Source: Cyanobacteria bacterium P01_D01_bin.156 (lineage in GTDB: Bacteria > Cyanobacteriota > Cyanobacteriia > Phormidesmidales > Phormidesmidaceae). Taken from it: a stretch of 15,962 nt of DNA. The stretch spans positions 1 through 15,962 of the forward strand of contig JBCCQQ010000096.1 in assembly GCA_039024555.1 (NCBI GenBank). The letters run 5' to 3'. The translations under genes were made by a program, and so were the position numbers. Below the pieces are notes generated by a model. That model worked only from the letters and a program-made list of their open reading frames with translations, was not told the origin of the DNA and made no database searches. Position 1 is the first letter of the stretch, and each line of letters starts with the position of its first letter. Shown here one piece after another: positions 1-8,658 of this stretch.

Positions 1-355
1 GTTCAGCGCCGACAAAGTTAATGACATGGGGGGTGTTTTTGACAACCTGCCATACGTCATCTTCTAAAATCATTCGGATGAGGACGTATCCAGGAAAAAC
101 CTTTTCCTCGATGTTCTGACGACTGCCATCCTTTCGCAGTTTGACCGCTGGAGTTTGCGGTATTTCAATCTGAAAAATGTACTGATTCACACCCAAGGTG
201 ATTGCTCGCTGCTCAAGATTGAGCTTGACGCGTTTTTCACACCCGGAGGCTACTTGTACTGCATACCAGCGAGACTGTGATTTTCTCGGTTCCTGGGGAA
301 CCAGAGATTCATCACTATCCACCGGATTGTTTGAATCGTCAGAAGCGTAAGTCAT
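1..355 (-). CDS. nusG: Transcription termination/antitermination factor NusG (5' part, runs off the window edge)
   Basis: Hand translation from ATG at 355 (TAATG overlap with the secE stop): MTYASDD...RWYAVQVASGCEKRVKLNLEQR...EEKVFPGYVLIRM...VVKNTPHVINFVG, the NusG NGN signature. Canonical position after secE. Absent from the ORF track because it is truncated. Confidence 0.97.
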   Translation of the reverse strand, partial: MTYASDDSNNPVDSDESLVPQEPRKSQSRWYAVQVASGCEKRVKLNLEQRAITLGVNQYIFQIEIPQTPAVKLRKDGSRQNIEEKVFPGYVLIRMILEDDVWQVVKNTPHVINFVGAE

Positions 356-591
356 TAGAACACCTGTCTAGAAGCCCAACCAAATAGTTTATCCACTAAG
401 TAAATAAGCGTTGCAGACATACCCACCATTAGAATTACAGCCGCAGATTCACTGAGCAGCTGCTGCCTGGAGGGCCAAACCACTTTACTTAACTCTTCGC
501 GAGTGCCTTTAACAAAAGACCCTGCATCAAACGAGTCAGAGGAGTCACTTGGCTGCTTGTCGACTACTTTCTTAGCGTCCTTTTTGACCAC
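355..591 (-). CDS. secE: Preprotein translocase subunit SecE
   Basis: EELSKVVWPSRQQL motif followed by one TM helix; lies between tRNA-Trp and nusG. Start placed at GTG 591 behind AAGGAAG; the ORF track extends to 630. Confidence 0.95.
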   Translation of the reverse strand: MVKKDAKKVVDKQPSDSSDSFDAGSFVKGTREELSKVVWPSRQQLLSESAAVILMVGMSATLIYLVDKLFGWASRQVF

Positions 592-793
592 GTCATTAGC
601 TTCCTTGTTTGCTATGTCAAGTCTGATCAATATGACATCGATCTAGAGCTATCCAAGCAAAAATTCTACCTAAAGCTCATTGCCTGCAAGAAAATGAAAA
701 CTCTCTCTTCAGCAATAAATTCAGACATGCTGCAGATCAAAAACCAACAACACATTCCAAAAGGCTCTAGGCAGAACTTGTGCTATCGCTCAG

Positions 794-866
794 CGCGCCC
801 TGAAGGACTCGAACCCTCGACATTCGGTTTTGGAGACCGACGTTCTACCAACTGAACTAAGGACGC
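794..866 (-). tRNA. trnW: tRNA-Trp (anticodon CCA)
   Basis: Minus strand GCGTCCTTAGTTCAGTTGGTAGAACGTCGGTCTCCAAAACCGAATGTCGAGGGTTCGAGTCCTTCAGGGCGCG: 73 nt cloverleaf, D-loop TGG, anticodon loop CTCCAAA, T-loop GTTCGAG, no encoded CCA end. Confidence 0.97.
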
Positions 867-887
867 ACGACTCTTTGGACTTGTCCC

Positions 888-893
888 ATTGTA
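888..893 (-). promoter_or_regulatory. Candidate -10 element (TACAAT) for tRNA-Trp
   Basis: TACAAT on the minus strand about 21 nt upstream of the mature tRNA 5' end; no clear -35. Confidence 0.4.
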
Positions 894-927
894 AGGCTTA
901 ATCTCCGGGCTTTAGAGCCCAGTAGAA

Positions 928-1308
928 TTATTTTTTGCCTGCTTTTTCGATGGGACGATCAAAGCGCTGCTTCAAGCGAGTTGCTTTACCAACGCGATCG
1001 CGAAGATAGTACAACTTAGCACGACGCGCTTTACCTCGACGTAGAACCTTAATATTGGCTACACGAGGTGCATGGAGTAAGAAAACACGTTCAACACCGA
1101 CACCTTGAAAGATGCGACGTACGGTTATGGTCTCGTTGATACCGCCATTACGCATGGCAATTACGGTACCCTCGTAGGGCTGCACACGCTCCTTACCACC
1201 TTCAACAATTCGGACACCGACCCGAACTGTATCCCCAACATAGATTTTGGGAATATCCTTTTTGATATGTTCCGCTTCTATAGAGCGGATAATCTCCTCA
1301 GCGTTCAT
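928..1308 (-). CDS. rplS: 50S ribosomal protein L19
   Basis: [11 protein letters not shown]...[27 protein letters not shown]...GVGVERVF...RRAKLYYLR, the L19 signature. Start at ATG 1308. Confidence 0.98.
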   Translation of the reverse strand: MNAEEIIRSIEAEHIKKDIPKIYVGDTVRVGVRIVEGGKERVQPYEGTVIAMRNGGINETITVRRIFQGVGVERVFLLHAPRVANIKVLRRGKARRAKLYYLRDRVGKATRLKQRFDRPIEKAGKK

Positions 1309-1546
1309 AAGCCCTGAAAAGCGCACGGTCTTTAATAGTAGGCCAACATGGTACGAAACACCAAGAGTTTTTTCGGGAACATGGGGGAGCGTTCTTGTGA
1401 ATAGCTTTTTAGCCTTAATGCCCTACTGCTTAGCGCAATGCCTTGCCTAATTGCAGCTAAGAATCCTGCATACTGTATATATTGGTTGGAAATTTTCCCA
1501 CTTCTAAACTCCCCTACTCACCATTTAACTATTTACCACTCCCCCT

Positions 1547-2380
1547 ATGAATGTTTTAGGTAATTTGCTATCGCGGGCATTGGCTGTTCCGGTCATGGTA
1601 GGCCCTCGAAAGTCCCAGGGGATTGAACTTAAGTCGCATGAAGAGCGAGAAATCATGCGCTATGCAGGTCGCATTGTGGCAACGGTACTAAAAGAAATTT
1701 CTGACTTGGTACAACCAGGCATGACAACTGCAGACCTGGATGACCACGCTGAGCGACGTATTCGAGAAATGGGTGCTACACCTAGCTTTAAGGGCTATCA
1801 CGGTTTTCCAGGCTCGATTTGCGCCAGCATCAATGATGAAGTTGTGCACGGTATTCCCCGTAAGCGCAAGGTGATTAAGTCCGGGGATTTACTCAAAGTA
1901 GATACAGGAGCCTACTACGAAGGGTTCCATGGTGATTCTTGTGTGACGATTGCTGTGGACCGGGTGAATACCAAAGCCCGAAAGCTAATGGCGGCAGCGG
2001 AAGCCGCTATGTATGCGGGGGTTGCCCAGGCCCTACCGGGAAACACCCTGCTGGATATTGCTGGGGCGATTGAAGATAGTATTCGCGCCAGTGGATATAC
2101 GGTAGTGGAGGATTTTACCGGCCATGGGGTGGGACGAAATCTGCATGAATCCCCCGCTGTGTTTAATTTCCGCACCCGAGAATTACCCAACGTGACACTC
2201 AAACCCGGCATGGCCTTGGCAATTGAGCCCATTGTTAATGAAGGATCAAAGGTGACCCGCACCTTGAGAGATCGGTGGACAGTTGTGACCTGCGATCGCA
2301 AACTCTCAGCTCAGTTTGAACACACCGTTCTGATTACTGAAGATGGCCAGGAAATCCTCACCGATCGCTCTCGGCTGTAG
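1547..2380 (+). CDS. map: Type I methionine aminopeptidase
   Basis: [24 protein letters not shown]; metal-ligand motifs KVDTG, GDSC, GHGVG, AIEP and SAQFEHT all present. Confidence 0.97.
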   Translation: MNVLGNLLSRALAVPVMVGPRKSQGIELKSHEEREIMRYAGRIVATVLKEISDLVQPGMTTADLDDHAERRIREMGATPSFKGYHGFPGSICASINDEVVHGIPRKRKVIKSGDLLKVDTGAYYEGFHGDSCVTIAVDRVNTKARKLMAAAEAAMYAGVAQALPGNTLLDIAGAIEDSIRASGYTVVEDFTGHGVGRNLHESPAVFNFRTRELPNVTLKPGMALAIEPIVNEGSKVTRTLRDRWTVVTCDRKLSAQFEHTVLITEDGQEILTDRSRL

Positions 2381-2395
2381 TATCCAACTCCAGGT

Positions 2396-3358
2396 TCAGG
2401 AGTCAGCACTCAGCTGGGCCAGGTCTACACAGGCTTCAGCATCGTAGTCAACAGCTACAGGAATCGTGTAAATCTGCTGGGATTCGCTGGTAACCCCAGG
2501 AAAATATGCATAGTCCTCTACTGCTGAAAGGGCGGCTGTATCTAGAAACTCATAGCCAGAGCTGCGGAGTAGGGTGGGCTCGACCACCAGGTCCCTGGTT
2601 TGGTTCACTACCACCCCCAGTAATGCTGGCTGGGGGTGGGGACTGAGACAGGCTTGAATTCTACGGGGTCCGCCCTGGTGCTCAACCGTGATCGGGTAGC
2701 CAATGGTGAGGGTCTCTTCCAGGTCTTGGGGCGGAGCCGCCTCAATGCCAGGCTGGTCTGCTAGCTGGGCCAGCCATGCCTGTTTAGCCTCTTCAGCAGC
2801 CCCATCTCTGGTGCCTGCCAGGCTGTAACGTAATCGCGCTAAAAAACTAGTCAGTAATTCGGGAACAGCCCTGGAACCGACGCCATCCCTGAGGGCTGTT
2901 AGGGTGGGCGCTGATGGGGTAAGTGACGGGTTTGAGGGGGGCGTGGTTACCGGCACCTGCCCCGGAGGATTGCCACTGGTCGCTGGCAGTTCGGGGAGCC
3001 CCGGGGCCGGATTGTTGTTGCGATCGCGGGCGGCCTGACGGTTGCGAGTATTGCCACTGGTCGCTGTCGGAGCCGCCAGTTCTGGCGTGCTGGGGCGTTG
3101 GCCACTGCGGGGCTGCCGGTTAGGGCTGCCGGGGCTGGACTGCCGCACCACCTGAGCAGGTGGACGGACGGTTGAAGGGGCCGCCGCCGTCTGCTTGGGC
3201 GGAATACGGGTCACCGTGATGCTTTCCCCCTGCGGATCGGGCGCTGGCACCACCTCCTCAGAGGACCCCCCAGCAATCGGAATCAGTAACAGCCCAGCAT
3301 GAAGACCCGCTGCCAATAAAAAAACAGGATTAAACAGAAGCTTCAAAACGTTCATCAC
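2396..3358 (-). CDS. TonB-like protein (N-terminal TM anchor, Pro/Arg-rich linker, TonB-C-like domain)
   Basis: N-terminal hydrophobic helix with His (LAAGLHAGLLLIP), long Pro-rich linker, C-terminal LLRSSGYEFLDTAALSAV matching the TonB_C SSG-x3-LD-x-AA motif. Confidence 0.65.
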   Translation of the reverse strand: MMNVLKLLFNPVFLLAAGLHAGLLLIPIAGGSSEEVVPAPDPQGESITVTRIPPKQTAAAPSTVRPPAQVVRQSSPGSPNRQPRSGQRPSTPELAAPTATSGNTRNRQAARDRNNNPAPGLPELPATSGNPPGQVPVTTPPSNPSLTPSAPTLTALRDGVGSRAVPELLTSFLARLRYSLAGTRDGAAEEAKQAWLAQLADQPGIEAAPPQDLEETLTIGYPITVEHQGGPRRIQACLSPHPQPALLGVVVNQTRDLVVEPTLLRSSGYEFLDTAALSAVEDYAYFPGVTSESQQIYTIPVAVDYDAEACVDLAQLSADS

Positions 3359-3388
3359 TATGGAGGCAAAAGATCAACCAAAACTTGC

Positions 3389-4321
3389 CTATCCCTGACG
3401 CGGATCTCCAGGCCAGACAAACACCAACGTAGTGCCCTTTAGATCAATCAAGGAAATATAATTCACCGGTTGCCCATCAGCGGCATACACGCCATAAAAG
3501 GGATGACCCCCATACGGTCCCTCATCCACCTGGGTCATACCTGCGGAGGTTAACGCCGCTCCTAATCCCTCTTGATTAACCAGATCAATATTCCTAGCAA
3601 TCTGTTTAAAGGTTACTCCAGCCATGGGCAAATAGGTACCAGCCCTAATACTCTCAGGGGTAAAAAAGGCAGCCGGGTCACTAATTCTCTCCACATCTCG
3701 CAATCTAAAACGCAGAGCGATAGGATCGCTGGGATCAATGCCCAGCCATTGGTCAGTGATATTGAAGTTGTTGGTGCCGGCATTTGATGCGCCCAGAAAT
3801 TGCCCCAAACTGCTGCTGAGGGCCGACTGCTGAGCCGGGTCAAAGGCAAACGACTGGGGCTCAGCAGGCTCTTCCTCAAATTCCTCTTCAAATTCCTCTT
3901 CCGGGGGCGTCTCCTCTAGGATCTCTTCTAGCACCTCAGGGACTTCTGTAATCACCGGGGGCTCGATGGCTACCGGAGCGACTGGTGCTGGGGGCTCAGC
4001 AGGCGACGGCAGGACAGGCTCAGGGGGAGCTAAAATTTCACTCAGACTCACCGCCTCAATGGCCGGGGCTGCTTCTGGCTCTGGCTCGACCTCTGTCTCT
4101 GCTACCGGGGCGGATAAATCGATCGTCGGTAACAGCATCAATCCCCCATGAGCCGCCAATGCCAGCCAAACCACCGGCCGCCGTAAAAGCCGAAATCCAT
4201 AGGCGGATAGCTGAGCCGTCACACAGGGCAAAGCCCGAAAAAATAAAATCGGCTGCATCACCGCACCCTTTGTAACCTTGACCACCAGATTATCTGGCGT
4301 CAATAAATCAGAACTAGCCAT
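3389..4321 (-). CDS. Hypothetical membrane-anchored Pro/Glu-rich protein (TonB-like N-terminus)
   Basis: 310-aa ORF; TM helix VWLALAAHGGLMLLP, then a Glu/Pro-rich linker and an unrecognised globular C-terminus. The true start may be ATG 4258. Confidence 0.7.
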   Translation of the reverse strand: MASSDLLTPDNLVVKVTKGAVMQPILFFRALPCVTAQLSAYGFRLLRRPVVWLALAAHGGLMLLPTIDLSAPVAETEVEPEPEAAPAIEAVSLSEILAPPEPVLPSPAEPPAPVAPVAIEPPVITEVPEVLEEILEETPPEEEFEEEFEEEPAEPQSFAFDPAQQSALSSSLGQFLGASNAGTNNFNITDQWLGIDPSDPIALRFRLRDVERISDPAAFFTPESIRAGTYLPMAGVTFKQIARNIDLVNQEGLGAALTSAGMTQVDEGPYGGHPFYGVYAADGQPVNYISLIDLKGTTLVFVWPGDPRQG

Positions 4322-4369
4322 AAACAGACAGTATTTTTACCACTAGCCCAGATACCGGATTTCCTAGAT

Positions 4370-4405
4370 AAAAAAACCTTGGAGAAGCGAACATTTCCCC
4401 AAGGT
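4370..4405 (-). terminator. Rho-independent terminator of pstS
   Basis: Minus strand ACCTTGGGGAA-ATGTTCGC-TTCTCCAAGGT followed by a T-run; the stem has a G-U pair only on the minus strand; about 90 nt after the pstS stop. Confidence 0.85.
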
Positions 4406-4497
4406 CAAACCAGTTGATGCACACTGAGCATGTGAACCTTAGCAACATCCAAACACAGCTCCCTCAGAGAATTCTAAAGGAAGTCTCGGAACACTTG

Positions 4498-5451
4498 CTA
4501 CTGCAGAACAGTATCCGCCTCTGCGTCATAGGCAGTGAGAGTCGCGTCAACGGCAGTGTCGGGCAGAGGAACATAGCCGACTTCAAGAATCAGCTCACCT
4601 GAATCCGCCTGCTCAACATAGAACTCCACGAAGTCAGCCACGCCCGAATCAGCATCCGCCAGAGCTGCAGTGTTTACATAGATAAAGATGGGACGCCCCA
4701 GGGGCTGATACATATCAGCCTCAACATTGGCGACGGTGGGCTCAACGAATTCTCCCATGTCCTCATTGAAGATGCTCACAGGCTTGAGGATGTCAGCATT
4801 CTCAGAAAAGTAGGCCAGACCGAAGTAGCCGATTGCATAGGGATCACTGGCCACACCGCGCACCAGGACGTTGTCGTCTTCACTAGCCGTATAGTCGGCA
4901 CGGCTCACACCACCATCACCATTGATCTCATCGGTGAAGTAGTCGAAGGTACCCGAATCAGTACCAGGACCATATAGACCAATGTCCTCATTGGGCCAGG
5001 ATGGATCGATCTGGTTCCAACGGGTAATCACACCTTCAGCCGGTGCATCCCACATAACGTTGAGCTGCTCCACAGTCATCTCGGTAGCCCAGGTGTTGGC
5101 AGGGTTGATTACCACAGTCAGAGCGTCATAGGCAACGGGAACAGCAATGTAGTCAATGCCGTTGGCGGCACACAGTTCTTTTTCTGAATCTTTGATGGGG
5201 CGGGAGGCATTGGAAATAACGGTTTCACCAGCACAGAACTTTTTAAAGCCACCACCGGTACCCGACACACCAACGGTAATGGCAGCCGTATTACCCCTGA
5301 GGGCGTACTCTTCGGCCATCGCTTCAGTGATGGGAAAAACAGTACTAGAACCGTCGATAGCAATGGACTGAGCAACTGCAGATGTAGCAGTTAAAGCACC
5401 AGTTGCTGCAACTGCAGCGGCGGTGCTTAAAAACTTAGCAAGCTTAACCAT
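4498..5451 (-). CDS. pstS: PstS-family phosphate ABC transporter substrate-binding protein
   Basis: Signal peptide ending [47 protein letters not shown] and [11 protein letters not shown] motifs; GGAG RBS. Confidence 0.95.
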   Translation of the reverse strand: MVKLAKFLSTAAAVAATGALTATSAVAQSIAIDGSSTVFPITEAMAEEYALRGNTAAITVGVSGTGGGFKKFCAGETVISNASRPIKDSEKELCAANGIDYIAVPVAYDALTVVINPANTWATEMTVEQLNVMWDAPAEGVITRWNQIDPSWPNEDIGLYGPGTDSGTFDYFTDEINGDGGVSRADYTASEDDNVLVRGVASDPYAIGYFGLAYFSENADILKPVSIFNEDMGEFVEPTVANVEADMYQPLGRPIFIYVNTAALADADSGVADFVEFYVEQADSGELILEVGYVPLPDTAVDATLTAYDAEADTVLQ

Positions 5452-5504
5452 AACAACACACTCCGTGGCTATTGAATCAGGCCATGTAGTAATGTAGCCA
5501 TGCC

Positions 5505-5567
5505 AAGTTAAGTCGAGATAATTTGAAAATTAAAGCAAGTTTCGCGGTTGTTTAAGATGCGGTAAAG
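5505..5567 (-). promoter_or_regulatory. Pho box (SphR/PhoB-type direct repeats) upstream of pstS
   Basis: Minus-strand 8-mers at 11-bp period starting 5567 CTTTACCG, 5556 CTTAAACA, 5545 GCGAAACT, 5534 TTTAATTT, 5523 AATTATCT, 5512 CTTAACTT. Four resemble the cyanobacterial PyTTAAPyPy(T/A) consensus; candidate -10 TACATT at 5496-5491. Confidence 0.7.
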
Positions 5568-5789
5568 CTAGCAGTCTGTCGACTGTGCTAAGAGAAAAAT
5601 TGCTTGCGGACTGTATGGTGTCACCTGAACGTCAGCCCAATTGCCAGCGGCATTGGCGAATCCAGGATTACCTTTGACTAGGAATTCATAGAAAATTGTT
5701 GACTAGGGTCAGAAATGTTGGTCACAACTAGAGCAACGCTATGTTTCTCAACTCGGTCAAACACGACTAATCAATTTTGGCTATTCCAG

Positions 5790-6059
5790 CTATTTAGTCT
5801 CTTGCCTGGGCTCAAGGTACTGATACCATACAGCATTGCCCAGGACGGTCAGTAGCAAAATACTGCCACCGCCCGCAATGGCCAGGCCAGGGTTGTAGCC
5901 ACCTCGACTCAGATTTTCCATCCATAGCTGGGTAGTTTCGGACGATGAAAGTTGATTGGCTAAGAACGGAGTGAGATAGATCAGAGCTCCTCCACTAAGT
6001 AGCCAGCCCACCATAGATACAAGTAGAAAAACTGTTTTACTTTTGGTTTGGGTACTCAT
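5790..6059 (-). CDS. Small hypothetical membrane protein (2 predicted TM helices)
   Basis: 89-aa ATG ORF with two hydrophobic segments (VFLLVSMVGWLLSGGALIYLTPFLA; LAIAGGGSILLLTVLGNAVWY) filling an otherwise empty interval. Confidence 0.8.
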   Translation of the reverse strand: MSTQTKSKTVFLLVSMVGWLLSGGALIYLTPFLANQLSSSETTQLWMENLSRGGYNPGLAIAGGGSILLLTVLGNAVWYQYLEPRQETK

Positions 6060-6285
6060 AGTGATTACTTATGGACAAAGTCATCAAGACCTCAAAGGCT
6101 TTATTTTTATTTCTTCAATATTTATTGAGTGTACCAATTAGGCTATCAGGATGCTTTTAGAAAGTATGTTTTTACTGATTTACAGTGTGGTGAGCACAGT
6201 TAAGCCCATAGGTGAAGACAGCCTGCTGTAACTGCAATAGCCAATATGGCAGAGTCCAGAATCAGCAAGGCATTTTGAAAAAAAC

Positions 6286-6873
6286 TTAGATGACTATAGA
6301 CGTTCCTGTCACACAGGCACCATCGAGATTTGCTCCGTCCAAATCAGTGTTATCGACACAGGCACACAGTAAATTGGCCTGGGTTAAGTTAGCGCCTCGT
6401 AAAAGAGCACCACTTAGATTAGCTTCTTCCAAATCTGCACTCGATAAATCGGCCCCAGCCAAATTTGCATTGCCCAAATCAGCTCTTGATAACAGACAGC
6501 CCGATAGGTTTGCCCCTCGCAAATCAGCGCCGCGTAAATCTACGCCCGTTAGATCGAGATTGCTTAAGATAGCTCCGGCTAGAAATGCACCAGCAAAACT
6601 TGCATTTACTGTGCTGGCCTCTAAAAGTACGGCTCCTCGCAAATCTGCATTGCGCAAGTCAGCATCAGTTAAGTCAGCACCCATCAGGTCTGTGCCTCGA
6701 AGATTTGCTCGCAGATCAGCCTTTCTAAGGGAACTGCCGTTGAGGCTAGCGCCTTTCAAATTTGACTGGGCAAGGTTAGCACCACTCAGGTCTATCCCAG
6801 TCAAATCAGCACCCATCAGATCTTTGCGATGGCCTTTTAGAATATCGTTGATCTCAGCTTTCGATGGCATCAT
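6286..6873 (-). CDS. Pentapeptide repeat protein (cytoplasmic)
   Basis: Nearly the whole protein is A(D/N)Lxx repeats; no signal peptide; ATGA overlap with the upstream gene. Confidence 0.95.
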   Translation of the reverse strand: MMPSKAEINDILKGHRKDLMGADLTGIDLSGANLAQSNLKGASLNGSSLRKADLRANLRGTDLMGADLTDADLRNADLRGAVLLEASTVNASFAGAFLAGAILSNLDLTGVDLRGADLRGANLSGCLLSRADLGNANLAGADLSSADLEEANLSGALLRGANLTQANLLCACVDNTDLDGANLDGACVTGTSIVI

Positions 6874-8297
6874 GCTGTAGCCTCCTGTTGCGTTGTTGAG
6901 CGCTGGGCTACGTCACTAGCGGGAGGGCTAACATCCTCAAGCCACACTGTTGGTTGTTGACTGGGTCGTTTGGGTAACTGCATCATGCCAATTTCGGTTA
7001 AACGCACCAGAGTCCCTAAAGAATCCACCAGAGCGGGGTCAAATCGTCTTCCCTGGAAACTTTCACAGCGGGCTAAGGCTTCACCGGGAGACATAGCCGC
7101 TCGCTCTCCTCTCGACTCGGTGAGCTCCTGAAAATAGGCAACAAGCCCCAGGATTCGGGCCTCTACGGGAATCATGTCTGCTTTAAGTCCATCGGGAGTA
7201 CCGCTACCGTCCCAATATTCCAATTGATGGGCAACAATATGACTCACAGGAGCGAGTTCAGGCATCGACGATAGCAGCTGACCGCCAAGTGCGGCGCGAT
7301 CGCGCCAAAAAACCAAACTAGCTTGATCCAATTGATCGGCCGTTTGTAGAAAAATTTCCTTGGGTGCCTCGGCTAGGCCAATCCGAAACAGCAGACCTGC
7401 CAAACGCAAACGACGCAGCTGTAGCGTCGGTAGATCTAAAATTTGTCCCATGGTTTCTGCCAAAGCAGAAACCTGTAACGACGCTACAGGGTTAGAGGCA
7501 TCACGCTGATCAATTTTTTGGGCCATGCGTAAAAACGCTTGGAGCTTATTAGCGGCCAGATTTCGATTGAGCTTAAACGCCTGACCTTCCAATTCCCAAA
7601 GTTCTCTTGTTTGGCGACTAACAGTCACTAACTGCTGCTGACTACTTTGCAAATAGTTGACTATACGTGACACGACTCCGCTCAAATCAGTGGCACTACT
7701 GGCGGAACTGTTTTGCAATGAATAGAAACGATCCATTAACTGCTCACAAAGTGGAGCGTCGTAAGGCTGCATGCGCTCAATCAAAATCTTTGCAGCAGCT
7801 TCTACAGGGGCTCGTTCAAACGTCCACAAACCGTAGAATTTTCGTTCAACATCCGCTGTTGGCACACTGTCGCTGCGATAGTCATCATCAGATAGCTCAT
7901 GACACAGCACCATGGCAGCATAGCCCGGTGCCATGATAATCAGGTTCCACTCAGAGGTCAGGCTGTCGGTAGGGTCTAAGTCCACCAAACTAACATTGGA
8001 AAGTTGACTAGTACTGTGGTCAGCAAAGCCGCTATCGGCAACTGCCGCGATCGCAACCTGCTGAGAACAGTTGGCAATATCCTGATACCGATCGGCCTCT
8101 TGCAGATACCATTTACCCTGTTGAAATGTGACCAGCACAAGCGGTTGGTCAGCATCTGCTGGCTGCTCCAAAATATGATCTTCAAGGGCATGGCACAGCG
8201 CCACGAGCGTGTTCTTGAAGTAAACACCATAACTGGACGGCATATGCCCCTCAGGCAATGCAGCTTTAAGTTGATTCAGTGTGGCCTTAGAGTCCAT
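6870..8297 (-). CDS. DICT sensory domain plus degenerate HD-GYP domain protein
   Basis: N-terminal YFKNTLVALCHALED, FQQGKWYLQEADRY, EWNLI, ERKFYGLWTF (DICT-like); C-terminal EYWDGSGTPDGL, IPVEARIL, RFDPALV (HD-GYP scaffold). Start placed at ATG 8297; the ORF track begins at 8318. Confidence 0.85.
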   Translation of the reverse strand: MDSKATLNQLKAALPEGHMPSSYGVYFKNTLVALCHALEDHILEQPADADQPLVLVTFQQGKWYLQEADRYQDIANCSQQVAIAAVADSGFADHSTSQLSNVSLVDLDPTDSLTSEWNLIIMAPGYAAMVLCHELSDDDYRSDSVPTADVERKFYGLWTFERAPVEAAAKILIERMQPYDAPLCEQLMDRFYSLQNSSASSATDLSGVVSRIVNYLQSSQQQLVTVSRQTRELWELEGQAFKLNRNLAANKLQAFLRMAQKIDQRDASNPVASLQVSALAETMGQILDLPTLQLRRLRLAGLLFRIGLAEAPKEIFLQTADQLDQASLVFWRDRAALGGQLLSSMPELAPVSHIVAHQLEYWDGSGTPDGLKADMIPVEARILGLVAYFQELTESRGERAAMSPGEALARCESFQGRRFDPALVDSLGTLVRLTEIGMMQLPKRPSQQPTVWLEDVSPPASDVAQRSTTQQEATA

Positions 8298-8583
8298 ATG
8301 CGCAATTAAGCAGCCCAATGCTCTTTAACAGGGATTTAGAGTCAGTATTTCCTTGTCCGTACATGAATGCGCTCAAAAGACTTTCCAACTGTTAGCTACT
8401 ACAAAAAGAGCAGCTTTTAGAGGACAGTGCTGATTCAATAGGAAGTCAAGTATATATATGATTTCACACTTTGCTAAAAAAGCGTGGCACCTCTCAACAA
8501 ACTCAATCTCAAATACTTTCTTTTTACGTCATAGTTATCCAAGATTTTGCTAGCAATCGCTACAACATCAGTGGTGAAAATGA

Positions 8584-8626
8584 GTAATAGTACTTACCCT
8601 AGATAGGGAACTGAGTAAATTACATT
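8584..8626 (+). promoter_or_regulatory. Candidate NtcA-activated promoter
   Basis: GTA-ATAGTACT-TAC (8584-8597), 23-nt spacer, then TACATT (8621-8626), matching GTA-N8-TAC-N22/23-TAN3T. Confidence 0.5.
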
Positions 8627-8658
8627 CACAAGTTCCCACAGTTATCGAGTGAATTCCT

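Noticed and set aside
794..866. tRNA as integration site of a genomic island
   Set aside because: Flanked by the conserved rplS and secE-nusG genes; no integrase or duplicated tRNA 3' end seen.
5674..5707. TTGACTAGG direct repeat 25 nt apart
   Set aside because: Only two short copies with no array, spacer pattern or clear associated promoter.
6290..6880. 196-aa plus-strand ORF antisense to the pentapeptide gene
   Set aside because: Shadow ORF: its KSAP-like periodicity just mirrors the A(D/N)L codon repeats on the coding strand.
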